In this document: piece by piece, positions 23,801 to 37,500 of the stretch
Position numbering within the stretch: the stretch's first letter is position 1
Layout: every line of letters starts with the position of its first letter
Assembly (NCBI GenBank): GCA_002633005.1
Contig: NMRA01000270.1
Coordinates: forward strand, 208,345 to 272,344
Direction of reading: 5' to 3'
DNA: 64,000 nt
From: Phoronis australis
Lineage: Eukaryota > Animalia > Phoronida
Program-made: the position numbers and the translations under genes
Notes under the pieces: model-generated
Database searches by the model: none
What the model was told of the DNA's origin: nothing
The model's input: only the letters and a program-made list of their open reading frames with translations

Positions 23801-26800
23801 ATTATAGTGTTCATCAAGTGACAGTCATTATAGTGTTCATCAAGTGACAGTCATTATAGTGTTCATCAAGTGACAGTCATTATAACTTGGATGCATTAGT
23901 CATTTCCATCCTGAAAGTTTTCATTTTCTGCACTTGATTGACTTTGCTGGATCCGCCGGGTCAACCGGTTAAGACATCTGATTTGTTGGTAAGGCGGAAG
24001 TCGTCATCGAGAACCAATCAGATGCCTTAACTGGTTGATCCGGTAGAACTGGTGAAGTCAATTGAGTGCAGCCATTGATGTGCATTTGGTTTCCACAGTG
24101 CCTGGCTGCAACACTTCATGTATTTGTCACAATAATTAGTTATTTGGCATTAACATACTCTTCCCTTTTGATCAGGCTCGTAGTTTTCTGGTCTTGGTAC
24201 AAGTTTATTCTTGTTGCACATGTCCTCTAAACATGAAAATAAGCTCTATGGTATAGTTCTTGCAATGCCAGTAAATGTGTCTTGAATTTATTCATTTCTC
24301 TTCTTGTTTAAGTCTACTACTGTCGTGTCTCCTAATCTTAAGATTTTCCCCAAGCTCTTTGATTGTTTATACAATGAAACCGAGGTTTAGTATTGGAACA
24401 GTCATCTTGAGGATGGGTTGCAGGTTATGATGAGTCAGACAGCGAGAACGAATCAGACGGAGGGAGTAAAGGTGAAAGTTCAGACGAGACGGCGTCCGAG
24501 GATGAGGAGCGAGAGGAGAAACTGCGTGTGAAGCGAGAGGAATTTGATCGCAAGCAACAGGAGAGGCTGCAGACTCTGTGTAGGTAGACAAGTCAGGGGT
24601 GCGTGGAAGTAGTCATGCGAGGGTAGATGGGGCTGGACTGCAGGGAAGTAGTCCTGTGTGGGTACATGAGGAGAAATGGAGGGAGGTAGTCCGGTGTGGG
24701 TAGATGGGCATGGGTTCTGGGAAGTAATCCTGTGGGTAAATAAGAAGGTGTGGGTAGACGGGTCTGAGTTACATGGAAGCAGTCGTGTGTGGGTAGACGG
24801 GGTAATGAAGTAGTCCTGTATGGGTAGATAGGTGTGGGTCCAGGGAAGTAGCCCTGTGTGGGTAGATGGGAAGGGGTGCAGGAAGGAGTGCCGTGTTGGG
24901 TAGATGGGGCAGAGGTGCAGGGAAGCAGTCCTGTGTGGGTAGATGGGTCTGGGGGTGCAGGGAAGTAGTCTTGTGGGTAGGTGGGTCTGGGGTGCAGGGA
25001 TGCAGTCCTGTGTGGGTAGACAAGTGTGGGGGGCTAGGAAGCAGTCCAGTGCAGGAGTGCAGCCAATTTATAGCTTTTGTCTTATCAGGTAAAACTTGCA
25101 TTGTTGTTCAGGTGAATGTATGTTATAATGGAATACAAAATGTGAGTTGGAAGTTTGCTTAATTTTTTCTTTCATGATACAATCTTTGTAAAGTAACTCA
25201 TTTGCAAGGCTGTTGAGGCTGATGCAAAGATATATGTTCGACATCACTCAGACATATCAGATAAATTTTATCCGTATCGCTTACTGGTAACATTTTCGGT
25301 TTCCTATTTTGAGAAGGGATACAGTATATCAAGGTTTTCTGGTGGCAGTTTGTCTTTTTGTAAAGTTAATTTGGAAACAGTTTGGACAAGTCATGCTGCT
25401 GTTATTATCTGAAATTTGGAGTATCTTTGTATTTTGATACACATCAACATTCTCTTAGCTTTGTTGTGTTATTTTCTGTAATGAAACACATCTTTATTAC
25501 ACATTATGTATAGAGGTGTTCATTGGTTTTCAGGGATAAGTGTTTCTGTTGCAGTTATCTGCCAGTAAATGTTTCCTGTTGAGTTATTGTTAGCCTTATG
25601 TGGAATCAGTTGACATGTAGGCGAAAAGTCGAAATATTTACATTTGCTTTAGTAATGTTATGCTCTAAATGATCTTCTAAATTTCTTAATGCAGTTGTCA
25701 TCTTTTATGTTTACTCTGTTTGGTTGTGTGGCTTCTTGATTTTTCTTCGTCAGCCTACGGAAATATCTGTATATTATTAATCTTCAGTGCTGAAATGCCA
25801 AAAATGCCACAGGTCTCTTTGTTATTTCTTGCCTGATTGTCTTTTAGCCCAAAATTCAATCTCGTATCTCAAGCTTCAGCGTGGTTTTTGTCATTTGCGG
25901 GTTTATTGAAAGTCCTTAATTCAAAATATTTAACATGAACATGACTGACTTTGTGCTCCAGTGCGAACACAGGTAAGCAGATGATCTAAGTTCATTCTAG
26001 ATGCCCTCCAATTCAAGCTGTAAACTTTATTTTTAGTTAAAAGAGTGAATTTTAGGCTTGGAACGTAACGTCTGAGAGTTTGTAATTTTCTGACTTGTTT
26101 TGTAGTGGAGGAGGAGGAGAAAGCACCGAGTTTCCTCAAAAATGCAATCAAGAGCAAAACACACGTTTTTGAAAATAAATACAAGAGTATTCCGGGGTTA
26201 GATGTTACTAAACAATCTAGTTCAGAGAGTGGTTCAGATAGTGACTCATCAGAGAGCTCCACGTCTAGACAGAGGACTCAAACAGAGAGCACGTCGTCTA
26301 GCTCTTCCGAGCTATCCCAGTCTCAATCTTCAGCCGATCTGAAGAAAAAAGAGAAAAGTGCTAAGAAACATAGAAAATCATCTGGGAGTAAGAGTGGTGA
26401 AAAACATAAAAGTGTGTCCGGGGAGGGTGCTCGCCGCTCAGGGCATGATGTTGCAGAGAGGGGGGATAGAGAGCGGCACACGGAGAGGAGTCGGGAGAGG
26501 AGGGACAGGGATAGTTACGAGAGGGAGGGGCATGATAGTAAAAGCGACAGGAGTCGAGATAAGCACAGGCGGGAAAGTCGGGAGGGTCGAAGGTCAAGCA
26601 GTCGGTCAAGACATAGGGAGGGTGACCGATACAGGGAGGGAGGGGACACGCATCGAAGTAGGCATAGGGCTCGTAGTAGGGATGGGCATCGTTATAAGGA
26701 GGAAACTCGGCGCTCATCGACGTCCAAAAGGAGGCGACACTCGTACTCGGAGGGATCAGAGAGTGACTCGAGCTCTCGGCATCGGTCAAAGAGTAAGAGA

Positions 26801-26968
26801 AAGTCCCGTCGCCATGGTAGTAGCGAAAGGCAGTCAAAAAAATCCAAAAAAGCACACAAGGTGAAACGTAAGTCTTCGGAATCGGAGGAAAGCGATTCTG
26901 GCAGCAGTGAGCGGAGAGTGGGTAAGACGAAGAGTCGTAAACACAGGTCTAGATCACGATCAAGGTAA
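14863..26968 (+). CDS. PNISR: Arginine/serine-rich protein PNISR (SFRS18), 11 coding exons, ~707 aa
   Basis: Exons 14863-14944, 15512-15628, 15812-15933, 16278-16376, 18729-18813, 19052-19239, 19689-19934, 21834-21945, 23720-23773, 24424-24579, 26106-26968; phases consistent. Hallmarks: MW..., VDWAALAKQWIAQKE, FDY.HG, DAVKRKQLPAWIREGLEKMEREKQKKLE, SKFDSD, MTEVMLEVTNEEI, APARQLANSNALASL, long C-terminal RS/K-rich domain ending RSRSRSR. Boundaries of the 24424-24579 exon are the least certain. Confidence 0.95.
15005..15355. mobile_element. TTAA-flanked non-autonomous DNA transposon (Kolobok-like), copy 1
   Basis: TTAA|aaggatactaaac ... gtttggtatcctt|TTAA; homologous over its full length to 50640-50988. 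Confidence 0.8.
16335..16735 (+). repeat. Four degenerate ~60-bp tandem copies of the PNISR exon 4 end plus splice donor
   Basis: gactataacca...ttatcaacag|gt unit repeated; the third unit is interrupted by MITE A. Confidence 0.75.
16469..16624 (+). mobile_element. MITE family A copy with 5-bp TSD (ATAAC) in a PNISR intron
   Basis: TIR cagtggcgtatt / ggatctgcccctg; flanked by ataac at 16464-16468 and 16625-16629; contains nnn at 16581-16583. Confidence 0.8.
20338..20416. repeat. Short 17-bp tandem repeat (ttagcgagaagtctctg)
   Basis: About 4-5 degenerate units. Confidence 0.6.
23779..23884. repeat. Perfect 26-bp tandem repeat x4
   Basis: (tagtgttcatcaagtgacagtcatta)4 starting within the donor of the 54-bp PNISR exon. 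Confidence 0.9.
23928..24071. repeat. Inverted repeat with 60-bp arms (MITE-derived hairpin) in a PNISR intron
   Basis: Arms 23928-23987 and 24012-24071, ungapped, 47/60 Watson-Crick pairs. Confidence 0.85.
24580..25060. repeat. G-rich ~37-bp minisatellite, about 12 degenerate units
   Basis: Recurring gtgggtagatggg...gcagggaagtagtcctgt unit starting at a PNISR donor site. Confidence 0.85.
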
Positions 26969-28516
26969 ACATTCATTGTATTCTGTTGTGGTTGTTATTT
27001 ACATAGTGTACGTCCCGATTAAAAGAGTCGCAGTCCAACTTTCAGCGTTGCTTTTCATGGGTATCGGTTATTCTGGAGTGTTCAATGAAATAGTCCATTA
27101 TTCAGTTAGTGGTCACCTCTTAAAAACCAAAAATGGAAGTTGAGCAAAACGTAATGATTGGGCGGCTTTTNGAGAACAGTAAGTTGTACGATTTTCTGAC
27201 GAGTTTTAAGTTTTAGCAATGAGCTAGAACATAGTCAGTGGACCATGAGATGCTGGAGCTGTAAAAAAAAGGGTTGCGCGAGTACTTTGACCTGGCAATT
27301 TTATTTTGAAAAGTAGTCGGACGTGGGTTACTTTCTCTGGTACCTGCAGTAGATTGGTCATTTACATCTTCTTTGGGAACCACAACTTTGTTTCTCAATC
27401 TGTGATTGCTTATCGCTGTTGTTTACGCCAGGTACGGAAGTTTAATCAATCAAAGCGTTTTTCTACATTAAATGTGGAACTTAAAAAAGGTAGCGACTTC
27501 AAATAATGAATAAGAAACACTTTATTTAGCCATACAAGAAAAAGTTAATTGCCAGTTGAAATTACTCACGAAATTTACTCTTACAGCTCGGGGACTTACT
27601 CATGTGGGTGATCGTATACATCTTGCAATGCCTTAATTGTCTGTCTCTGTCCATTCTGAGAAACCATAACAAAAAACTTACTATCTCTAAATGTGGACTT
27701 CAAGTCACAAAATGATATTTACTGCGAGGAAAGCCCATTTTCTTGAATGAATACATATGTGGCGTGTCAATATTCTAGGTAAACTGAGTTATTTTGTATT
27801 GTTAAAGGTGGGTATCTGAACGTCTGGGAACAAAGAATATAATAGAATTCATGGTTTAGTTCTATAATTGCTTCCTTGCAGGTCATAACATCTTCACAAC
27901 TTCACTGCTCTACAGCTGTCAAGAACATGTTTGTTCGACGTGAATTTCAATTCTACCACCTTACCACTTCTACGTTTTTTACTTTGTACATATTTTGTCC
28001 ATTTCCCCTGTATCTCGAATTTAGTTATTGATCAAATAAATCCTTCACGTTTGACCAAGTTTTTCATTAATTTAGCCAGCACTCCTGCCAGACTGTTGTC
28101 GGCTCATTAATATTTCCAGTTCATGGATGTGATAATGCCTAGGTGTCCATGGTAATAAAGAAAAAAAATCCAACAAACTTAGAATGTTAAGTAGAATATA
28201 CATCTGCAGAACCCTATTGATTCCTGGTGCTCCTTATTTTCCGATACAAGCATCACGTGTACTATCACAAGTACACTAAATGGTCCCTAATTCTCATCAC
28301 GCAAATAACTGGTACAGCGGCGTGTTTTATCAAAGGCCTTAGGTTACCTCGCAGCAACGGCATTCTTTGGCACATTATTGCAAATGTCTTCGTAAGCCAC
28401 AATAATGAACAGTGAAAATTTAAATCAAAGTTACGAGCGACTTGGCTAAGTTTTGACTTTCAACCTTTGATTACATACAATTAAATCTATTGTGGTTCTA
28501 TAGCGTTGCATCACTT

Positions 28517-31500
28517 TTAAGGTATGAGGGACAGAGGAAGTCCAGGGTAGAAACCAGTCTTTGTCTCATTAGTGTGATCAAATACTTCAAATTGGTGTTC
28601 CATGGGAAATTCTGAAATCAAGCAGAAAAGTCATCACGTACATCGAATCATTGGATGTTGATATGTTGTATGTTGACAACTTAAAAGCCTGAATTTTTTC
28701 ATGGTTTTACCAACAAGGGATTTCCAAAAATAGGCCCTGGGCAGATATTAGGAAAACAATCTTTCAAAACGCAAACAGATAAAAATTTGCAGTGCTTTTG
28801 GAAAATTTTCAAAAAATATGCCCATGGTGTACTTTTGGGTGGGACTACTTTCAGAAATTCCTGGTAAAACTTTGGAAGTCTGATGCAATGTTGTCTCGTG
28901 ATTGCTGGCTCACATATTGTGTTTAAAAACTAGAGATTCTCAAAAAGTCATTCTCGAAAGTAGAAATCACTGTATGATAATGCTCACATAAGTCAAGATT
29001 TTCGCTGAACTCTGACAAAGTTTGCAGATTTGGTTCTAATTTGTGCACTCCACCCTTATTAGTATGAGATCACATTAAAAATCTCAGTCCAGTTGGGTCC
29101 AACTTAAGAGAGATTTGTATAAAGCCCAACTTAAAATTTTAGAGACCTTTTTCTTTCATAAAATATTTGCTTCAATTTCAACATTAAGAAGAACTAGACG
29201 TTTGTTGTCAAGCAGTCATGATCCCAGTTGTGTTATAACTGCTTGTATAGTGCAGGATCACACTCACTTGCTATATAATCCAGTGTAGGTACTGCTATGT
29301 CTGCGTATTTCCTGACTACGTAACCCCAAAATGTGTTCATGTGCTTGAAACCAGGCAAGTTCTTTGGCTCGTTTTGGACGAGGGCGGCAGTCTCCTCTCG
29401 GAAGTAGGAACCCCAGCAATCTGAGTGAATGTAAGCCTTTTCCACATCAGATGGGGTCTGTAAAGATTGCAGTAGACTGTAAGTCGTATGCATGCATCAC
29501 ATAAGTGTTAGTTGGCCAATGTTCGGGGCTTGGAATTTTACTCTTCTCAGAGGATTTCCTTTGTTGGTTTCGATTTTCTCTTATTCGATGTCCAGTTTCC
29601 TCTCATTCATCTTTGTTTCATTATTTTGACTTTTTTCATGCAAAAATTTGTTTCCTGTAGATAAATTTTACAAAATAAAACATTTCTATTGCATAAGTCT
29701 ATTTATAGAACCATACGTTACCTGGAAAATTTCCCTCTTTTTGTAAATGGTCATTACAAGCCCTGAACGTTATTGCTAACAGGGGGTTCTTTAATTTTGT
29801 CAGTACAGTAAGAACAAAAAACAGGCATTAGGCTCATTATACTAGCTGCTAACAGGCATTAGGCTCATTGTACTAGCTGCTAACTCAAATTTCTGTAGTC
29901 TGAGTGGATGACTGTCGACTCCTAGGTTAGACGCTAATCCACGAGTAACTTTTTATGGTAGTCCAAGCTCAGTCGACTGGAGCAATGCAGGTTAATTGGC
30001 TCCGCCGAGGACACAAGCACATGACTGCAGTAACCACACTTGCCATGCTGCCACTGTTTTCTCAGCTTATTGAAAGCTAATAAATACATGTTGTCGCGTG
30101 ATTGACTAAGAAAACAGAATGAAACTTCTTGTAGTGAATGCTACAGTGCATGAGGGGATATAAGGAGGTCAAGTCGCTTCATACCATATTTAAAAACATC
30201 AAATCTCACATAAACCTGTCCACTTACATTCCCCTGCAGCCATTAGAAGTGAGACGCTCAGAAATCAAGGATGTTAAGTCGAGCATAAATGAATGAGATT
30301 AAAAGTGATTTTTTTCAAATTCAGGTGTTAGGGCACTTACACAGGTACAATGAATGAATGAAAAAATTTTTTACTTTACTAGCAAATACCAGAGTCAAGA
30401 ATTCCATCCTACAACTCACACTATGATCCAAAGTTACCACAGGCTCAATGCCTTCTTCAGTCCGTTTTCCCATTCCCTCTGTGGTCATCTCTTCCAAGAT
30501 GTACACCGTCTGCCAGTTGGCAAAGTTTTTAGCAGGAAATACATCTGAGCGCAGACTGTCTCCAAAGAACACGACTCTAGGGTCGTCCTTTCCAGTTTGT
30601 GCTTTTAAAAACGCAACTAAACCAGGAAGATTCCCTTGAGCATAAATTTGACACTGCTCGAGTTTATGAGTCACCTCAAATTCTTGGTAGTTGTCATCTG
30701 CAACACACAAAGCCAGTTCATCAGTCATTACAGGGGAGATAAGATATTTGTCCAAGTCTTAAAGCCTAACTTCAATGGAATTTTGTTACTTTAGATGTAT
30801 TAGGCTAACCAGGTAGTCTTAGCAAAGCCTTAGTAAAATATGAAAACGCCAGTTCAATCACGCAAGTGTAAGCCCGTCAAATGATTAGTGAAGCTGCCTT
30901 TTCGTGCCATGTTGTGTCACCGCAAGATCCCAGCACAAACAACAAAAGGTTGTATTGAATAGGGGTCTGAATAGAACACAATTGCGTGTGGGTGTTATTC
31001 GCAGCTGTTTGAATTAAAAGGTGATTCTCCTGGTGACGTAGACAAAAGCAAGCCAATACGCCAAACAGTTCGTTACATTTGCCAATTCATGGCACTAGTG
31101 GGCTCAGAGCGATGCTCTTAACATACTGTAGGAACCAAATTTACATGTGTTACCGTTGAAGATAGGCTTTAACGAAGAGGGAAACTGTTAAAGGCGCTAT
31201 GGTCTGATGTGGACTGCCACTTTTCTAAACAAAACCAAATTGCACGCTTTATGCTACCAATTGTTACTACAGCGAATACAGGCTATTGTGTTGGACAGTA
31301 AATAATGTGACATCACAAAATACTTGCAGTTCATTAAGCAGGACAGGGAGAGGGAAAGGAGAAGTAATGTCATCTATTAGGGTTGATGGGCAGGGACTGG
31401 GAGAGTGGCGGATTTAAGGGGGCATGGCACCCATGCCCCCTCCCTAAAATTCGACAGTTCGGGGGTGCGAATATGTGAGGGGCGAAATCCTGGATAATAC

Positions 31501-34500
31501 TCTGCCCTACCCCCCTCCCCTAACTCAAAATCCTAGATTCTCCCCTGTGGGATACCTAACAGTGACAAAAACCCTACTTTCATTATACAGCAATTAATTC
31601 TCAAAAACGACTATCTTTCAAGACGCTTTGTTCAACATTGTCTTCTCATTACTATAAATCCACATCTAGATTACCTACCTACAGTGTAAAAAGGATTGTT
31701 CTCAGTAAAGAATCGAGGCTTTTGAGCATGAGATACTGTAATATCAAACCACTGTTTCCAGTCAGCACTGAAAAGAATAAAATAACAACCAAAGTCTCAA
31801 TGTGGTTGACACTGTCAATGATTAAGCATTATGTGATACCAGTTTACAAATACTTATATGAAATCTTAAAGAATCTTGTTTAAGTATAGAGGAAAAACAA
31901 GAAAAGATTTATGAGTTAATTGGAAAGCCTTCATGTGACAAGCATATAAATTCTACGTGACATGAATACATAACTTTGATGAACATGGAGAATATGTTCG
32001 GAACTGTGGTTCATATGACCATGCCAAAATCTCACCTGTTACTTAACGATTACAAAAGGTGTATCAAATTGTTCTTTTTATCAGATATGACATGATTTCT
32101 CGGCCTTCGTAAGACCTGGCAGTTTGTAATTCCTCGAGTCAATACTCAACGCATAAAATGACCTTAGCTGTTTCAAGCTAAGTTATCCTGCCTGGTCTCT
32201 AGCAAAAGACATTTCACAAGTTCAGAAAACAGTGGATTTTTGTGGCAATTCCCGTGACATCATGGTGCTAACCTGGCACTGCACAGCAGAAATTCATTCA
32301 AGGTATGTGTAAGGCCTTGTGCTGATTTTCCAAACACAAGGCTACAGACCTTACTTTGTGCACCATAATGGCCATTTTGTCCCACTTTTCTGTTAAGTTT
32401 GGAAACCCGCAGGTGGTCAGTTGGGATCTGTCATTTCTTCCAAAGTATTTTAACAATTATAAAGACACTCGATAGGAGGCAGCAGATGACTAACCCAATG
32501 ATATGTTCCAATACAAAGTGTGCATAGTCAGGGTACGAGGTAGTCACTACAAACACAGTTTTCCCTTGTTTCTTCAACTCCTTCAACCAGTCTCTGACTT
32601 CTCTACCGCACTCGCGCACGTACTTCACATGGTCAGCCTTCATCGACGCAAAATATTCGCCAATGTCTTCTGCAGGAGAAAACATGTACAGCGCATATGA
32701 AAGGTCATAAATAACTAAAAACACATCAAAGACAAAGACACGTATACACGTATACAGTTGAATTCTGAAGAAAAGTCAAAAACACATCAAAGACAAAGAT
32801 TCGTATACACGTATATAGCTGAATCCTGAAGAAAAGTCAAATTTCTACCATTACGCGACTTTTTCCATGGTTAGAAATTTTTGAATCTGTTCATATTTAT
32901 AAGAGCTGCATTTCCCAGTACCAATTTCTAGTACCTCATGAGCTGACTGGCCCGTTTGGCAGTGAATAGGTAAGTTGGTGAAAGGCAGCGAAAGAGTTGA
33001 AGAAAATTAAACAAAACCACTAACATTTGCCAAATACTCCATGAACCTTTAACTTACTGCTTCAAGTAAATACTCATTTTACATCATATCACCTGCACTG
33101 CCTGTAGTGTACAACGCACTGGTTCACACATTAGTACCCCATTAGTAAATTGTTGTGTACCAGCCAACAACATCTCGCCTGTTTGGAGCAAATTTATCTT
33201 CTACCCTTAGAAAGCGACACAGTGGGATCACTTACGGGAAAAATGCTTGGGATGGAAAGCTTGATTGAGTGCAGATATTAAGTCCTTCCAGAAGTTATAC
33301 CTCAACTGTGGCTTGCCCGCCTGAAAACAAAAAATCGAAACAAAATACAGACATTTTTCCAGGCAAAACAAATAATTGAATCCACTCACAGTTAACACAG
33401 TGTATACTGTTAACTTATATTGGACAACGAGACTGAGTTCTCTCAACATATTCAGGCTGGGCTATCTTCCTTGCGTTCCGCAAGGACATTCTCATCAACA
33501 GCCTACGTTGCCCATGTATTGCGTTTTTATGTATATTTTCTCATTAACCTAAATTCTGTTCTTCCAAGTTCTTTTTCACAAACTGCGTTACTTTTCTTGA
33601 CAAACGGGAGGCTGAGGTACACGTGCTTCCCACTAGGTAGCACACGACGGGCCAAATGTACCTCATACACGTCTACATTAAAACTGGCAACACAAGCGGT
33701 TTATTACAAAAACATTTTATTAAAGAAGAGAATTGCAGTACATAGAAAAAAATTTCAGCTTGTAGAAACAGAAAGGTGTTAGCAAGAAAAAAGTACAGTT
33801 AATGAGACTTCCCTTGTGGCTGAAGCAATGGGATGATTGTCTACACTGATATGAACACTAAACAAATTTCTTTATATGTGGGGCTGAAATGAGTGGCAAT
33901 CTAGGGCCATTTTGTAATGAACGTTGTAGTCAAATGCGGAATTTTAATTTTTCGACTGGGGGTGGGCTTTTTGTAATGGACAGGGTGGCCACACCTCATA
34001 GTGGCTCCGCGAAGGACTTTATAGCGGAACAAACTTTTAGAATATCAATTGAGGTACAAACAGTCAGAGAAATGTAAATAAATGAAGCTTAATGGAGAGT
34101 ATGTATTTACAGAAGAATTTCAATTGCCACTGCGAAACAGTCGTATTTCTCAAAAAGGCAGTCAAATACGTTGCCTAGAGATGTCAGATCACTTGGTAGG
34201 ATCACCAACCTCAACAAAGTATCAAGTTCATCATGAATTAAAATCCACCTTTTCATCAATGATGTCAACACAGCGTGCCGCCACCAGTCCAGACAGAGTG
34301 TCAAAGTGGTTTTCAAACATCCTGTAGTCTGGAAATTGAAACAGTTGGACTTCAAACGCTACATCAGTGGGTCATAAATGACCAACTGCAAATTAAAATC
34401 AAAATAATAAAGGAATTAATTAAATCAAAAATACTACAAATCAGTTGCTCCTTTCTGACCACAGGGGCTATTCAGTTTTTGATGACCATCGGAAATTGAA

Positions 34501-37500
34501 TCGAGACAACTGAATGAACTAACCGTATGTGTCCACTCGCTTTAAGTCTGATCTCGATCAATAAACTTAAGAAGCATCACTCCAAAACTCCCAGCCCTGT
34601 ATCAAATATAATCTTGGGAAGAAATAATTTGAGAACAAATTCATCACGGTGAATTGATGGTCACAACAAAAATTTGTTTTTTAAGGAACTAGATTTATAA
34701 CAGTTTCAAACATTTAGTTCTGTTTGATACAGTTGAACATCTTCACAATGTCCCCTGTCTAGAACCTTTACATCAATATATCATACAAACTTTCAAGTCC
34801 TGACTTCATCCAATTTATTTCACTGCTAGTCAAAATATTTTTTTTAGTACAGACCCAGAAATCGCTTTCGCATTATATCCAGGTTCTCAATAACTCCCTT
34901 GTATGCGTTCACTTGTAAAACCGAGCTTAGAGGAGTTGGAGACACTTTTGTGCAATGTTCGATTGTCTGCCAGTAAAGCCAGGATTCAAAGCCAGGTCAC
35001 CCAAACCAATGAGTCACACTGCCTCCTCCTAGTCCCAATAGTGTACATTGACAAAGATAACAACAATATAACATTCAAATATCCCATCCCTTGTGACCAA
35101 CAGCTACGTTTATGACTTTGCGACCACACAGTCTGAAGGACGTGAACAAATGCTAACCCCACAATGAATTGTGTATATAGGAAGTATGACGAACTACTGT
35201 TTTATTGTAAGGCCCATTTCTTTTTAAAAGACGTTGCACAGGGTCAGTATGTCAGTCTACCCTGGCAACAACTAACTATTGTTATAACGGACAAATTCCA
35301 AAGGTCCCTTGATGTATGTCGTAATAAGGTTTGTCTGTATTAGATAAATATACACGCCCATGGACGCACACACACGCACAATCACTAACTTGATGCATAG
35401 TTGACATTGTTGAGTAAATCCAAATAATGCGGCCACACACGGTCTTCACCATAAACCTTGTTCATCTCAGTCTCGGTCATAAATCGTGTACCATGACTGG
35501 CTCTGTAAAATACAAAATACCATTAAGACTAAACAAAGCGTGATCGGTTCTGGTCTGTGGTCAATTCATTCTGAAACTATCACTAAAAAAATGGCATCAG
35601 GTGATACTGAGGGATCCCACTCACTTACCTGGCATCAGCCGACTTTCGAAATACGGCATTTCATTTGTTAAATATATTTATGTGAGCATATGGACCCGTC
35701 TAACTCCTTTCCCCCTTTTTTCTTCATTTTGGACCAGTCCACTAATTCCCTTGTTTTTAAAATCTATTGTATTTTATCCTCGATGAATAAAGTTTATTAT
35801 TATTATTAATTATCATTATTATTATTAATTATTATTATTATATAGCTGTGAGAAGACTAATTAAATCTTTGTTCAACGAGAGTAGACCAATCAAATCTCT
35901 GTTAAGGGAGAGTAGACCAGTCAAATCTTTACAAAAATAAGGCTTTACAACCAATGTCAACTTTAAAATATTTGTAAGAGCACGTTGGTTGAAACAAAAA
36001 GCGTTACTTACTCTTTTTGGACAAGCAGGAGAAAAAACACTCATACTCAACAAAATACAGCTATTTTGGGCTTGGAGGTGGTAACTAGTTTGCACAGTGG
36101 CTTAGACTTTTAGAAATGGTTATATATCATGAGTGTTGTTCACACGTAATAGACCTTTCAGTGAACCAGGGAAAGTAATTCTTTGTGAACTCTACCTTAG
36201 TCATACAACTGTCCCAGTTGGCCTGTGTAAGTAAAAACAACTACAAAAGGTTTATGGTCCTGGGTGTAAAGATACTTGTTTTCATTACCCACTATGAACT
36301 CTAAATAGCCAAGCCCGCAATTGCAAAACAGTCCACTCACCTGACTACCTTCCCATCTTCAGACAATTTACAGAAGTTGCCCGTCTCAAACTCGAGAATG
36401 AGTCCTCTACAACTAAAAGTGGAATACTCCTTGCAACACGAGCAGTATAAAAAATCAATGTTACCACGCACATATTTTAAATGGCTAAAACATGTTAAAG
36501 AAGCTTTAAAAACATAGGTCTGGAGTATTTCGTCAAGTTGTAAATGTAAACTGATGGTATTGAGACATGAACTTAGTGACAACAGCAGTGACAGTTTGGC
36601 AGATGTCTAATGGAGTGGAAGTTGATTTTGAGAACCGCTTAATGACCTGATTCAGCTTCTCATCACAAGGGGTCACTATAGCACTAATAGGTTGTGTCTA
36701 GCCACAGCATAAGTCCTCTCCATATTAATGTAATAAGTTTTACAACTACAATAAAGTGACATAGTACTTAGACGTTTATTCACAAGATGATGCCATGTTT
36801 GCTCTAACTCCACAGCTAACCACCAGGTGGTCACCATAAACAAAAGAACAGCTGTAATCATATAAAAATTAAGACACTTGAACAGGTTTTACTTACAAAA
36901 AGTCCTTCCATGCAGAGAGTGGTTCCAGCAGTGACTTGTCATATCCACACTTATCGACTAAGTGAGAGCCAAGGCAGTGATAAATCAGCTGAAACGCATT
37001 TACAAAATTCCAATGTGAATAAATATGATCAGGTTAATTTTATTATTAAACTTTCAGTATGTTATCAGATGAATAAGTTTTGCTTGGTAAACTGATTTGC
37101 AACTCAATTAGAAGAAATCAATTTTTAAGGTTTGTAGAGCAAACTGACCTTGGTTTGCATATCAATTACTAACATTAGGTCTACAGGATGTAATGTGGTC
37201 CCTTCGGGCCCTCCCTGCAGCTAACAGGATGTAAATCAAACAACTCACACAATTTAATGTCTATGGTGACAAACTGACTATCATGGTTTTCAGGAAAATT
37301 CACAGGGGTAGGGTTAAGTAAGATATGTCGATTCCAAATTCTACCTTTCTAAAAGCCAGAAATGTTCAGGAGCCATTTTTTGTTAGTTGATTACTGAATA
37401 CAATGGCAGTTAAGTTAGACTTGAGCCTGCCAGCACCATTTGTACAACTCGAATCTGACAAAACAGGAAAAAGTTGGAGCCAGTGGTGGCAGAGATTTGA

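Noticed and set aside
24769-25162. 110-aa and 98-aa Pro/His- or Gly-rich ORFs
   Set aside because: Translations of the intronic G-rich minisatellite.
26358-26976. Overlapping alternative-frame and antisense ORFs in the last PNISR exon
   Set aside because: Expected by-products of a low-complexity RS-coding exon.
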